From assembly GCF_006345805.1 (NCBI RefSeq), contig NC_042999.1, positions 150,536,001 through 150,600,000 of the forward strand: 64,000 nt of DNA, read 5' to 3'. This DNA is from Octopus sinensis (Eukaryota). Below the pieces are notes generated by a model. It made no database searches and was not told where the DNA came from. It worked only from the letters and a program-made list of their open reading frames with translations. Position numbers and translations under genes: made by a program. Of the stretch, positions 37,701 to 49,559 are shown piece by piece (position 1 is the first letter of the stretch; every line of letters begins with the position of its first letter).

Positions 37701-40700
37701 GATGCTAGCGCCGCCTCGACTGGCTTCTGTGTCGGTGGCACATAAAAAGCACCATTCAAACGTGGCCGATGCCAGCGCCGCCTCAACTGGCTTCTGTGCC
37801 GGCGGCACATAAAAAGCACCATCCGAACGTGGCTGATGCCAGCTCCGCCTTGACTGGCTTCCGTGCCGGTGGCACGTTAAAAGCACCAACCGATCGTGGC
37901 CGATGCCAGACTCCCCTGGCACCTGTGCTGGTGGCACATAAAAAGCACCCACTACACTCGTGGAGTGGTTGGCGTTAGGAAGGGCATCCAGCTGTAGAAA
38001 TACTGCCAGATCAGACTGGAGCTGGTGCAGCCCCTGGCTTCCCAGAGCCCGGCCGAACCGTCCAACCCGTGCTAGCAGAAAACGGACGTTAAACGATGAT
38101 GATGATGATAATGTAATAACATGTCATTGGATGACAAAACGTGAAATACTTGAAGACAAAATGATACTAAATGGCTACAGACTGTTCATGTTATGGAGTA
38201 ACTAAATGCTCTGACAACCTAAATACAATATTGAATCTGTTATCTGGCTTTCAGAAATTTGGGAATGCTGTGCAGAACTGTGCAATACCCTGTATTGAGT
38301 AAACAGACCCTGTTTTTGAAGGTGGTTAATTTTGCATATGGAGTGTTAAAAATAGTTTTGTTCTTTACTTTTTCATGTGAATTGACATATCTTGCTTCTC
38401 TGTATAAATTTGTATCTGTTAAATAAAATCATGTTTTTCATTTTTCTTCATTTAATTTCCATTCAATAAACATTATACTATATAATATGATATATTACAA
38501 GAATTTTAATTGGATTAATATCAGACCCTGTTTTAGAAGTGTATTAATCTGAGTCTGTTAAATACTAGTTAGCTTTTTACTTTGCATAGTTTATTTTCTA
38601 TATTTTAAGTATACATTTAGACCATTTCCAGAAAACTAGAAAATCCAGAATTCTGGTACACTTCAGGTCCCAAGGTTGCCAGATAAATGGTCTAAGACAT
38701 TATAATGTTATAAGATCTAAACATAACATGATAGCTATTATGTAGACCCTCCTTTGCTCAATTTTAACAATGCATCTGTACATTTGTGTATAGGCTGGAG
38801 AATCATTTTTTGAGAAAGACAAAGCAGCTGCTCATATATACAAGTCTCTACTTGCCACACCTTTGAAGTTAATCTAACGGAATGGTTTTCAACCATTTTT
38901 TACCTACAGACCCCTTTGATTAGTACCTTTATTCTGGTGGCCCCCATAACCGTGTGAGGTTTACTCTTTACTTGTTTCAGTCATTTGACTGCGGCCATGC
39001 TGAAGCACCGCCTTTAGTCAAGCAAATTGACCTCAGGACTTATTCTCTGTAAACCCTGGTACTTATTCTATTGGTCTCTTTTGCCGAACCACTAAGTTGT
39101 GGGGACGTAAACACACCAGCATCAGTTGTCAAGCGATGTTGGGGGTACAAACAGACACACAAACATACACAAGGGTTCTTTCAGTTTCCACCTACCAAAT
39201 CCATTCACAAGGCTTTGGTCAGCCCAAGGCCATAGTAGAAGACACATGCCCAAGGTACCATGTGGTTGGTAAGCAAGCTACTTACCACACAGCCACATCT
39301 GCGCCTATGAGACTCATTTAAAAACTAGTTTTGTAAAAGGGGTCTCAAAATGCCTATTTTGTCTTTCACATATTCACTTATGTAGATTTGCAACAGAACT
39401 CTTTGAGAGAACATGTTAAACTATGTAAAATGTTAGAGAGAGAAACCTAGATGTTTCTTACAATAAATGTGCCTAAAGCAAAATTTTCTGCGTGGACCCT
39501 TAAAATACTACTGTGGATCCTCAATTTACAATTTTGCTAGCATTGACCCCCTAAAAATGTTGTATGAACCTCCAGGAGCCATATGGACTCTAGCTGAGAA
39601 TACTGATCTGAAGGAAAGGTTGTTGTCATGGGCCGATACAATTTGACACCACTGTCATTGCAGGAGTAAGGCTTCTCACTTGGTGCTCTAATTGTTCTGA
39701 CAATCTAATGCCTAGGATTGGGACTTTTTTTTTTATCCATTCTAAGGGGATAAAAAGCAAAGTTGACCTCAGCTGGATATGATGTATGTTTTCTTTTCTA
39801 CAGCTTTCAGTTTATCTTACTAAATACAGTAGATCCTGCTTTATACATCCACTGATAATAAATCCACCCACTTAATGTATCCATAATGGGTTGGGACGGA
39901 ATTTTTACACATAAAATCTCTTGTTTAATAAATCCAATTGTCACTGCTTCTTCTTAAATTGTCAACAAGTAGCAGCAAAATAGGCGTTTCCCCAGACAGA
40001 TTTATAAATCAGGGTCTACTGTACCAATCCATATTGCAGTGAGTTGGGCACGATTCACACGAGGAAAGGATTTAATATTTGTGTGTTTGCCTCAACTTGT
40101 AAGTAAACAATGCCTACAAGATCTGCATTCTATTCTCTGTGCCCTTATTTCATCCTAACTGTTGTTAACAGATGAAGAGGTATATTGGGTTATAGAATCA
40201 AGTTTAATGCTGCAATTTTTCTGAATTAAGTTTGTAGCAGTTGACTTTCTGTTTTAACATTTTCGAAAAATTGATAAAATAAATATTAGTAAAATACTCT
40301 ACTCGTAACTTTACAAAAATCTTTATCACAACTGTTGCTAGGTACTCAAATTTTTTTTTAGAACTACCGCCAAGAGTTACATGAAATCGTTCATTCATTG
40401 ATTTTGTTGTAGTGTGTTTTACAGTTTAGTCCACGAATGTGAGGGATGTACTTAAAATGTGATGTGACCCTTTTATAATCCTAACTGTAAATGTAAAATC
40501 CATTCCATCAGAAACCCTACACTTGAAATGTCCCATCCATTTCGTTTTAGATTTTTACTTCATCTTTAAGGAAAGTAAAACTAAACGCATATCAGACGAG
40601 CCTTAATCCAAGTTCCGGAAAGTCTGCTGTTCGCAGCAGAACATCGAAACACTGTGTACAAGACGAATGCTTTGACAGATTATTACATTATTGAATCCAA

Positions 40701-42100
40701 ATTCTAGTAGTTTAGAATCCGATAACTGTTCTCTTATTAAGACAGTAGGATGTGATTTGAAGAAATGTTACTACAATCAATTCCGAAGTAGTAATTGGAG
40801 GTACTTTTGTCTGTCTGCATCAGCTGTTAGTATTTTGTAAATTACTAAAATAGCAATTTTTAAAAATTTCAATGTGAATAGAAGATCAGACATCTATATT
40901 TGATTCTAAAAAAATACTTAATGATTTGATAATACATTTAGGTTATTAAGCTAAATCATATATTCATAATAACATTCCTCAAATAATTAGAATTTATAAA
41001 TTATTGTCCTAAAAACATAATTTACCAGCTGAAGAGAATTACATTTTAAACAAGGACATCGAAATATATATAATTCTATAATTAAAGAAAGAAATAATAC
41101 GATCGATCTTTTTCGAGAAACAGTTCAATAGTTTTGGTTTCAAAGTCCCAAATCACAAACATGTTTTCTAAACGACACATGAACCGGTGCCGGTTTAATG
41201 CTTGTAGTTATGTAAGTTTCCACACAAAAGTCATTAACAAGTATTTATATATTTTTCTATCTTTAAAAGAAAAAAAAAACCCTAAAAAACTGTAATATAT
41301 TTACATAAATTCTTTGTATTTAAAATTCAAATAATATATAGATATTAGTAATAAGCGATTCCGATAGAGAAAATAACATGAGACGTTCAACTTGTAGCCA
41401 AGGTCACAAAAAGAAAAAAAACGACGAATTTATGACATAATTCAGATAGTTGGCTTTCGATCTGGTATATTTCTAGTAATAATAAGTAACGTGCTATGTA
41501 CCATTCAGAAATATTGAATATTTTATATATAATGAGATACTGAGAATATAATATGATTAGCATGTACTTATTGAAGGGCACGAAAAGCTGGGAATTAGCT
41601 TTCTAGACTAAAGGGTCGAATGAAACTAGTTTGAGGGTCATCATTATAACATTGTCTATGAATCAGATACATGTCGACTATATTTATTTTTCATATTATT
41701 TCGTTTACATTTAATTCAAAATAACAAAAATTTGTTAATTAAATATAACCTTGTCCAATCACACACACATACCCATCACTCTTCATATATTTTCTAATAG
41801 CAATTGTTAATCGATATCATAAATGATGAAAGAAACAATAGCAAATATGATTGTAGTATTTCAAGAAAAGGCATAAATATTTTTCTTACTTGAGGATTCC
41901 AGGTCTTTGGCTGCTTTTGCTGCTCTTTCCAAAGCAGCTGAATCGAACCGGTAGGCTTCCATTTTTGAATTCAAAGAACTTGCAGAATCATCGTCACCTT
42001 TGCCACCAGAACCTCCTGAAGAAGAAGGTGGCATTGGTAAAGGGAACTGGGGTGCTTCCCCAATATGTTGATCTTTCTTTATTCCAAATAACCAAGACAT
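10472..42100 (-). CDS. ATAD3: ATAD3 (ATPase family AAA domain-containing 3), spliced gene span, 15 coding exons, 642 aa
   Basis: Exons assembled by hand with GT/AG junctions and consistent phases; total 1929 nt. N-terminal [19 protein letters not shown], coiled coil, TM segment, Walker A GPPGTGKT, Walker [33 protein letters not shown]. Confidence 0.97.
12309..12417 (-). CDS. ATAD3: ATAD3 exon 14 ([36 protein letters not shown]), 109 nt
   Basis: TTGCAG acceptor, GTTAG donor; SGREI sensor-2. Confidence 0.96.
12765..13142 (-). mobile_element. Non-autonomous Helitron copy 1
   Basis: 5' TC, 3' hairpin CCTGAGCAACRCCGGG + CTAG, inserted between A and T with no TSD. Confidence 0.88.
15468..15635 (-). 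CDS. ATAD3: ATAD3 exon 13 ([27 protein letters not shown]...PATEGKR), 168 nt
   Basis: TTTTTCAG acceptor, GTATG donor; sensor-1/Arg-finger region. Confidence 0.97.
17201..17271 (-). CDS. ATAD3: ATAD3 exon 12 ([24 protein letters not shown]), 71 nt
   Basis: TAG acceptor, GTAAG donor; conserved [16 protein letters not shown]. Confidence 0.96.
17710..17761 (-). CDS. ATAD3: ATAD3 exon 11 ([17 protein letters not shown]), Walker B, 52 nt
   Basis: TTTGTAG acceptor, GTAAG donor. Confidence 0.95.
17857..18415 (-). mobile_element. Internally deleted mariner (559 bp) with 30 bp TIRs and TA TSD
   Basis: TTGGGTTGTCCAGAAAGTTCATGCCGATTT TIR; remnant [19 protein letters not shown]. Confidence 0.92.
20851..20975 (-). 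CDS. ATAD3: ATAD3 exon 10 ([42 protein letters not shown]), 125 nt
   Basis: TTTCAG acceptor, GTAAT donor; near-invariant ATAD3 segment. Confidence 0.97.
22883..23248 (+). mobile_element. Non-autonomous Helitron copy 2
   Basis: A|TCTCTCTCTATATAAACGG...GCAACGCCGGGCGATACTGCTAG|T. Confidence 0.88.
23338..23463 (-). CDS. ATAD3: ATAD3 exon 9 ([15 protein letters not shown]...[13 protein letters not shown]), Walker A, 126 nt
   Basis: CAG acceptor, GTAAT donor; P-loop GPPGTGKT. Confidence 0.97.
23698..23918. mobile_element. piggyBac-type MITE
   Basis: TTAA|CCCTTT...AAAGGG|TTAA. Related pieces at ~13820-13932, 24001-24198 and 26715-27128 (the last with an SDTEFEGF-like remnant). Confidence 0.7.
25155..25211 (-). 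CDS. ATAD3: ATAD3 exon 8 ([19 protein letters not shown]), 57 nt
   Basis: TTTTCCAG acceptor, GTAAG donor, phase 0-0. Confidence 0.88.
25816..25971 (-). CDS. ATAD3: ATAD3 exon 7 ([15 protein letters not shown]...[16 protein letters not shown]...HPVK), TM segment, 156 nt
   Basis: TAG acceptor, GTAAG donor; conserved LGKPSL.RETSR. Confidence 0.96.
27478..27547 (-). CDS. ATAD3: ATAD3 exon 6 ([23 protein letters not shown]), 70 nt
   Basis: AAG acceptor, GTAAG donor; phase 2 to 0. Confidence 0.9.
28758..28923 (-). CDS. ATAD3: ATAD3 exon 5 (ATVEHEADV...[27 protein letters not shown]), 166 nt
   Basis: TTTTTCCAG acceptor, GTAAG donor, in phase. Confidence 0.93.
29722..29958. repeat. Head-to-head pair of RTE 3' fragments forming a hairpin with ~110 bp arms
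   Basis: GTACTCTTAAACTG..TCTCCTGTCATTGCCT vs AGGCAATGACAGGAGA..CAGTCTAAGAGTAC. Confidence 0.85.
30169..30238 (-). CDS. ATAD3: ATAD3 exon 4 ([23 protein letters not shown]), 70 nt
   Basis: CAG acceptor, GTAAC donor; NEENL.KQEES motif. Confidence 0.93.
31324..31485 (-). CDS. ATAD3: ATAD3 exon 3 ([10 protein letters not shown]...[20 protein letters not shown]), 162 nt
   Basis: Poly-T CTCAG acceptor, GTAAA donor; conserved [11 protein letters not shown]. Confidence 0.95.
32562..32912 (-). mobile_element. Non-autonomous Helitron copy 3, nested in the (TA)n tract of a family B SINE
   Basis: Same sequence as the other copies, with SINE halves on each side. Confidence 0.85.
33650..34890. mobile_element. 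Cluster: RTE UTR (-), RTE ORF C-terminal fragment (+, 33978-34350), RTE UTR (+)
   Basis: YSETWAL...[12 protein letters not shown]...RKTWDEVLK remnants, with (GAT)n tails on both outer ends. Confidence 0.85.
34948..35104. mobile_element. Palindromic Penelope-like remnant with hammerhead-like variant (same family as 61584-61730)
   Basis: Head-to-head copies of CCTGAAGGAGTYGGGCTC...GAGCCTGYGAAAC..GAAG. Confidence 0.55.
35867..36431 (-). mobile_element. Second copy of the same deleted mariner
   Basis: Co-linear with 17857-18415, with the same TIRs and the same internal deletion. Confidence 0.92.
36455..36531 (-). CDS. ATAD3: ATAD3 exon 2 ([26 protein letters not shown]), 77 nt
   Basis: TTTTTCTAG acceptor, GTATAC donor, phase 1 to 0. 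Confidence 0.92.
36575..38109 (+). mobile_element. 5'-truncated RTE LINE (RT C-terminus, Cys-rich insert, ORF end at 37542, complete 3'UTR with (GAT)n tail)
   Basis: [76 protein letters not shown]. Confidence 0.93.
38880..39610. mobile_element. hAT/Charlie-like MITE interrupted by a family B SINE
   Basis: Degenerate TGGTTTTCAACC ... GCTGAGAATACTG termini. Confidence 0.45.
39827..40021. mobile_element. 195 bp Tigger/pogo-type MITE
   Basis: TA|CAGTAGATCCTGCTTTATA ... TATAAATCAGGGTCTACTG|TA. Confidence 0.75.
41890..42100 (-). CDS. ATAD3: ATAD3 exon 1 (MSWLFGIKK...[19 protein letters not shown]), 211 nt
   Basis: ATG at 42100; donor GTAAG at 41889-41885; typical ATAD3 N-terminus. Confidence 0.95.
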
Positions 42101-42260
42101 TGTGACATTAATATCTCAACTTAACACAAGTAAAATCGCCGGAGAAACCCCCTTAGTCTAATCACCAACGTGGTTTCTCACATGTGCTCTGATCGGCGAC
42201 TAAACTGGGCGGTCGTTTTATTGGAGTGAGCTCCCTTGAATTCACTCGCTTCCGAGTACG
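42101..42260 (-). promoter_or_regulatory. Probable ATAD3 5'UTR/core promoter
   Basis: Locally CpG/GC-richer segment just upstream of the ATG, with GGGCGG (42207-42212) and CCAAT on the minus strand (42220-42224). TSS cannot be determined. Confidence 0.45.
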
Positions 42261-45200
42261 TACACACACACGGACGCACACACACTCAAACAGACTTGTT
42301 CACACACATATACAAAGATAACGCGACGCATATACATATGTGTACGAAAATACACCCAGACAAAGACAGCGGACGTAAACACACCTACATAGACACATAC
42401 GAATTAAACTATATATATATATTCGTATAAATTAACAACAGGATCTTAATTTGTTTTTAAATATTGTTTCAGACATCATTCATTATCCTTGTCCAAAGAA
42501 CATAATTTACAAAAGTAAACAATAAAAAAATTGAAAAAAAAACAACAAAAAAAACGAAAAACAAACAAAAACAACACAAAACAAATACGATGGTGGGGGA
42601 GGGGCAGAAATGTTACTGGGGCAAAATGAGTAATTTCTTATTTCTCTTCATTTTTTCCCTACCTGTTTGGAACCATTACATTGCAAGTATTGCATCATCA
42701 TTTTGTAAGGTTGCATCATCTTTGGGAATAAAAGTATAGCCAGCATAGTTGTTACCGAAGTTGAGAGTTTGAAACAGTTAGGTGACAGGTATTCTTTTTT
42801 CAAGAAATTTTTCCTCAACTTTGATCCAATTGTAATTGAGGTGGCCAATAAAATATTTTTGGTGCTCAACAATAAATAGTCTTTTCTCTGTTGAATTCCA
42901 AGTCAGTTTTTTTTCTCTCATACTAATGTCTAATTTGGAGTTTTTCAATTTTCAAAAAATGATGTCTAAACTGGGCCAAAAAAAAGTAATGACTAATTTC
43001 AATAATTTCTTCTCTTTAACGGCATGGCACTTAAATAATAGGGAAGGGAGCCACTCCAGCAGCTCATGAAGAAGCTATAGAGAATATTTTATGTCGAGAT
43101 TTTAGATTTAGTCGCATTTCGTTAATTTCATATCGTGTGCCATTTTTCCACGACTTTCTTTCATTTGTTCCGAATATTTAAAATTTTCGTTACATTTCTG
43201 ATGTGTAAGAACGAATCCTTTCAAATTTATCTTATTTTATCTTACTCATTTTACCCCACCTGAATTTGTCTTTTGCATGCTCAAAGAAAACGGAGATAAT
43301 TTTCTGAAATAGCGTTCTGAATATGATATAGAGTTTTTAATGCATAAGGCGGCGAGCTGGCAGAAACGTTAGCACGCCGGACGAAATGCTTAGTAGTATT
43401 TCATCTGCTGCAATGTTCTGAGTTCAAATTCCGCTGAGGTCGACTTTGCCTTTCATCCTTTTGGGGTCGATTAAATAAGTACCAGTTACGCACTGGTGTC
43501 GATATAATCGACTTAATCCCTTTGTTTGTCCACTCTATGTTTAGCCCCTTGTGGGTAGTAAAGAAATAGGTATTTCGTCTGCCGTTACGTTCTGAGTTCA
43601 AATTCCGCCGAGGTTGATTTTGCCTTTTGTCCTTTCGGGGCCGATTAAATAAGTACCAGTTACGCACTGGAGTCGATATAATCGACTTAATCCGTTTGTC
43701 TGTCCTTGTTTGTCCACTTTATGTTTAGCCCCTTGTGGGCAGTAAAGAAATAGATATAGAGTTTTTAATGCATTTTGCAAAGGTTTCAAAGTCAAAAATG
43801 CAGTAACTATTATTGTGTCCCAGTTACCAATAATGAATTAGAACCATGCACACCCTCTCAATTATGTATCTGGTAGTATTCAACTCTAAAAGATTTTGAG
43901 ACATTCGCAAAACACTCGTAGGGTTACTGTGGGTGATTTGGAGGCGAGACATTAAAACAACCAAGCACTTTCCTGAACATCATAGTGTGAGATAGAGCAT
44001 TCACGAAGTCAAAGAATTTCTCGTTACCGGTCCAGCGGTACCTCTCAAATGCCATAAGCTGAGAAATGTAATCTACCGAAAGATTACAGTATTGCAGTTT
44101 TTGTTGTGCTGTCTCTCTTTTTTACATGTTTTAGTCATTTGACTGCAGCCATGCTGGAGCACCGCCTTTAGTCGAGAAAATCGACCCCAGGACTTATTCT
44201 TTGGAAGCCTAGTACTTATACTATCGGTCTCTTTTGCCGAACGGTTAAGTTACGGGGACGTAAACACACCACCATCGGTTGTCAAGCAATGCTGGGGTGG
44301 GGTGGGGGGGGAAACACAGACACACAAACATATACACATACACAAATATATACATATATATGACAGGCTTCTTCCAGTTTCTGTCTACCAAATCCACTCA
44401 CAAGGCTTTGGTTGGTCCGAGGCTATAGTAGAAGACACTTGCCCAAGGTGCCATGCAGTGGGACTGAACCCAGAACCATGTGGTTGGTAAGCAAGCTACT
44501 TACCACACAGCCACTCCTGCACCTATTACATTATTACATTTTGGCACATCTACACAAGTGTGCTCCCCATCACTGACTTGGTTTTCTCATAACTTCCAGT
44601 AAAATGGCTATTTTTTTAATGAAATTTTCTATTAATATGCTTTCATTTAGTGTAGATTCCGATGTTATCAGAATTATTTTTTTGTGAAAAACGTTTTCCA
44701 GGGCTGAGGAGATGAGTTTCGGAAAAGTCACTCGAGGCGACTTTGTTTCTCCATAACTTTCAGAAAAATGGGCATTTTTAAATGAAATTTTCTACAAATA
44801 CCTTTCAGAGTGTGTAAATCGGAATTTAACCTGTTTACCAGGTCTGTTAATAAGGCTTTGGTTGGCCTGAGTCGATAGTAGAAGTCACTTGTCTAAGGTC
44901 CCACGCAGTGGGACTTAATTTCGAACCATGTGATTAGGAAGAAGCTTCTTTATTTTATGATATTGGCTATGGAAGCCATACATAGAGGGGACAGCACAAG
45001 GTGGGGACAAAAAAAAAAACGAATTGAATATGAGAAATGGAATGAAGCCGTTCGGCTCTACACACATAAATACACGACGGGCTTTTTTCAGTTTCCGTCT
45101 ACCAAATCCACTCACAAGGCTTTGCTCAGCCTGAGGCTATAGTAGAAGACACATGCTCAAGGTGTCACGTAGTGGGACTGAACCCAGAATCATGTGGTTG

Positions 45201-45699
45201 GGAAGCAAGCTTCTTACCCCACAGCCACACCTGCACGTAATTAAAAAAAGAAGGAAAATAGTCGGTTCGTACACATACATACTGGTACACATCACATTTG
45301 TGTAGGTATGCCTACATTTCTTTATTTTTCTCTCCTTCCCCTCACAAACACCAAATCTTCTAGTTAAAGCGTTTCATTGAACTTCGGCATCTAGACTTTT
45401 AAGATAGGCGCAAAACTAAAATCGTACAATTTTGTATTCAAGTCCTTGACTGGAACCTTACTTTTATCGACCTCAGTGAGAATCAAAGCAACGTTGACCC
45501 AGATTTTAAAGAAGGATAAATAAAGGTATAAGATAAAATACAACTATGAAATTCGACACTTCTTATCTCGTCCAACTCAATTTAAGAATGGAGCACCTCA
45601 CAGTGGTCACTCAACCTGCTAGAAATAGCAGCTAAATCTCTCAAATCATCACTTCTGTCTTAGAGGAAGAAAAGAATACACATTGGATAATAGAATCCG

Positions 45700-46330
45700 T
45701 TTTGAGGAGGATAAAAATAACTCGATTTAAAGCAATTGGGGAGATTTTCACATTGAAACCACATCGATCTGGTTTAGCTGTTGGAACTGGATTTCCATTT
45801 GGCAATAGCCACTGCTTCCTAAGTTTATTGTTGACATAGGCTATTCATTTCTCATCAGCTATTACAAGTGAAATCACCCTTTAATTGAAAACACATTGAA
45901 AAGTTTCATCGATCAAATCGTTTGTTTTTGAAAAACAACAACAAAAAAAAATACCGGTATTTTTATTAGCCTCGTTTGCTAAACCACTAAGTTCAAGGAT
46001 GCAAACAAACCAACATTGGTTGTCAAGCAATGGCGGAAGGAAAACATAAAATGATACGTATTGAGCGAGGGAAGTTGCTAATGAAAACGTCAACAATTTA
46101 ATAATTGGACTGAGTCATTAATCCAATGGCTGTGAAATGTCTCTGGTACAGTAAGTGACAACAACACTCGTATCCGTGTGTGAACATCTTCATGTCCACG
46201 GTTTTATTCAGATGCGTAACAAACGAACTCATACTATGAGCACACAATGTTCAATAAAGTTATCTGTGACTGAAGAAAAAGGTTCTGAATATCTTGCCAT
46301 GTTCCATGATGACAGTGAGAAAAAAGGAGG
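45700..46330 (-). mobile_element. Old mariner fragment (related to 49140-49520)
   Basis: Minus strand reads LVIADEK*IAYVNNKLRKQW (first catalytic Asp block). Confidence 0.6.
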
Positions 46331-46735
46331 AATTCAAACTACAAAAATTACTTTCAGACAAGCACTAGGCGTAGAATACCATAGCAAGTTGCTGGTAAGG
46401 CAGAATATCGAATAGGTGTGCTTGGCTCTCTCTCCGAAATTGACCTTGTTGTGACTAAAAGAAGACAAAAATTCAATCGGAATACGCTCTTAAAGAGGTG
46501 ATATGCTTCTAACGCCCTCATGTGTGACGTTTAGCAGTTACGCCTTGTATGCTAGCAAAGGAGGAGCTAACCAATATTCGCTTGGGATGTTCTAGAACAC
46601 TCGACAGTGGAGATAACTGTAGTTGACTCCCAACGAATATTTTGCGGGCTAAGAACCTGCTTCAAATAGCATTGCCCTACACGTACATACATATATACAT
46701 ACATGCACATATATATATATATGTATATGTATATA

Positions 46736-47114
46736 TCTCTCTCTCTATATAAACGGCAGTTTGTCTGTGCGTGTTTCTGTGTGTCTGTTTGCTTGTACCT
46801 TCACCCTGACCACGGCTTTCAACCGATTCTGATGAAACTTGAAACACACATAGCCCAATGTCATAATTCAAAACTAACGCAGCGAAAATTTTGAAAAGTT
46901 CCCCCAGTTCTGAGAAAAATAGATAAATTCGACATGGGGTCCAGAATCAGAAACACAAACTGTCTAGGGGACGCAACTCCACCTTTTTTAACTAAAAAAA
47001 TAAATTTACCATCATTTTTTTCCATTTTTTTGCTATTTTTTGGCTATAACTCTCTAAAAATGCTTTATAGTTATTTCCCTTACAAACCTGAGCAACGCCG
47101 GGCGATACTGCTAG
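46736..47114 (+). mobile_element. Non-autonomous Helitron copy 4
   Basis: A|TC...CTAG|T ends, high identity to copies 1-3. Confidence 0.88.
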
Positions 47115-47296
47115 TATATATATATTCTCTCCCAGCCTTCCCTATTCTTCACTCTCTCCTCTTCCCCGTTCCCCCTCACTCCTCCTCCTCGACTCTCTCG
47201 TTGCTTACACGTGACGAAAGAGACTCTATTTTTCTGCTCACTACCTTCCTAAAGACAACATGTGCTTGGAATTTCTTTGAGTAATGTATATATATA

Positions 47297-47616
47297 CATT
47301 ACTCAAAGAAATTCCAACTTTGACTTTTACATTTTATTTACAATCTTATAATGATATAAGAAAATATGATATATTGAAATAATAGAATAATGAATGTCTA
47401 TTCAGATTTTATAACTTACAACTGTTGTAAATTATAAAACATAATTGCCGCCATTACTACATGAACCTGAAGATTGCATAGTTTAATGCATGAAAGTACT
47501 AGTTCAATCAGAATGGATATTTAATATTCTATCATTTCATTATATCATATTATCTTATATTATTATAAGATTGTAAATAAAATGTGAAAATCAAAGTTCG
47601 AATTTCTTTGAGTAAT
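47297..47616. repeat. Inverted repeat (~110 bp arms) enclosing the hammerhead; a second inverted repeat follows at 47646-47842
   Basis: ATTACTCAAAGAAATT..TATTTACAATCTTATAAT vs ATTATAAGATTGTAAATA..AATTTCTTTGAGTAAT. Confidence 0.85.
47462..47506 (+). ncRNA. Minimal type I hammerhead ribozyme motif (Penelope-type)
   Basis: Stem I TGAAC/GTTCA, core CTGAAGA, stem II TGCAT/ATGCA, GAAA, palindromic stem III AGTACT, CUA cleavage triplet. Confidence 0.7.
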
Positions 47617-47999
47617 ATATTCTTCTATACACAATCATACACACCAGCGTAGTTAAACTAAAAACCACTGATAGTTGTAATTCTGAAAGGGAATGAAAAA
47701 TAAAAACATTTACCCTATTTTCCTGGACTATGCATAGTTTCAAGCAATCTTTTGCAATAAAATAAAATAATAGGGTAAATGTTTTTATTTCTTATTCTCT
47801 TTCAGGATTACAACTATTAGTGGTTTGTAGTTTAACTACTCTTTCTAGCGAGTCAGATATCCTGTTATGGCCATCTCTTATGTGTTTAAATGTACATTGT
47901 ATTTTTATATGAATAATATATAGTCTATTGAAAAATTTTTTCTTCTAGCTAGATCACTGGTACCAAAGAATTTTTCTAAAATGTTTTTGCTACCCTAAG

Positions 48000-49130
<1,131 letters not shown>

Positions 49131-49139
49131 GTGGACTTC

Positions 49140-49520
49140 GTTTAGGCTTAGAATAGATTCGAACCTGAATCGGCAAATTTCCCATATTTCAACAACACTT
49201 TTCTCACTGCTCCTTACGTTTATTGTTGACATAGGCTGTCCATTTCTCATCACCTGTTACAAGTGAATTAAGAAAATGTGTTTGTTAATTCCTGATTAGG
49301 AAATTGTTGCAACTTGTTGAATGCCTGACTCTAATCTCGGTGCACAGCTTAGGAGGTACGCACTTCCCTCGTCTAAACAGTTTCCCAATCTACATGAGAA
49401 AACCTTACACAATGGATCAGAGTTCATTAAGCCTTCGAGATAATTAAGCCCCAGTAATTGAATCAGATCCTCTTGTAGTATATAAGATTATTTTCTTGAA
49501 AATACAGCACTTTTTGGTAC
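49140..49520 (-). mobile_element. Old mariner fragment
   Basis: GKCVPPKL (WVPH.L-like) and [19 protein letters not shown]. Confidence 0.7.
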
Positions 49521-49559
49521 CCCTAGTTTAAACATACATACATACATACATACATGCAT

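Noticed and set aside
37660-37960. CRISPR-like regularly spaced repeats
   Set aside because: The spacers are themselves homologous, there are no cas genes, and the context is a eukaryotic retroelement UTR.
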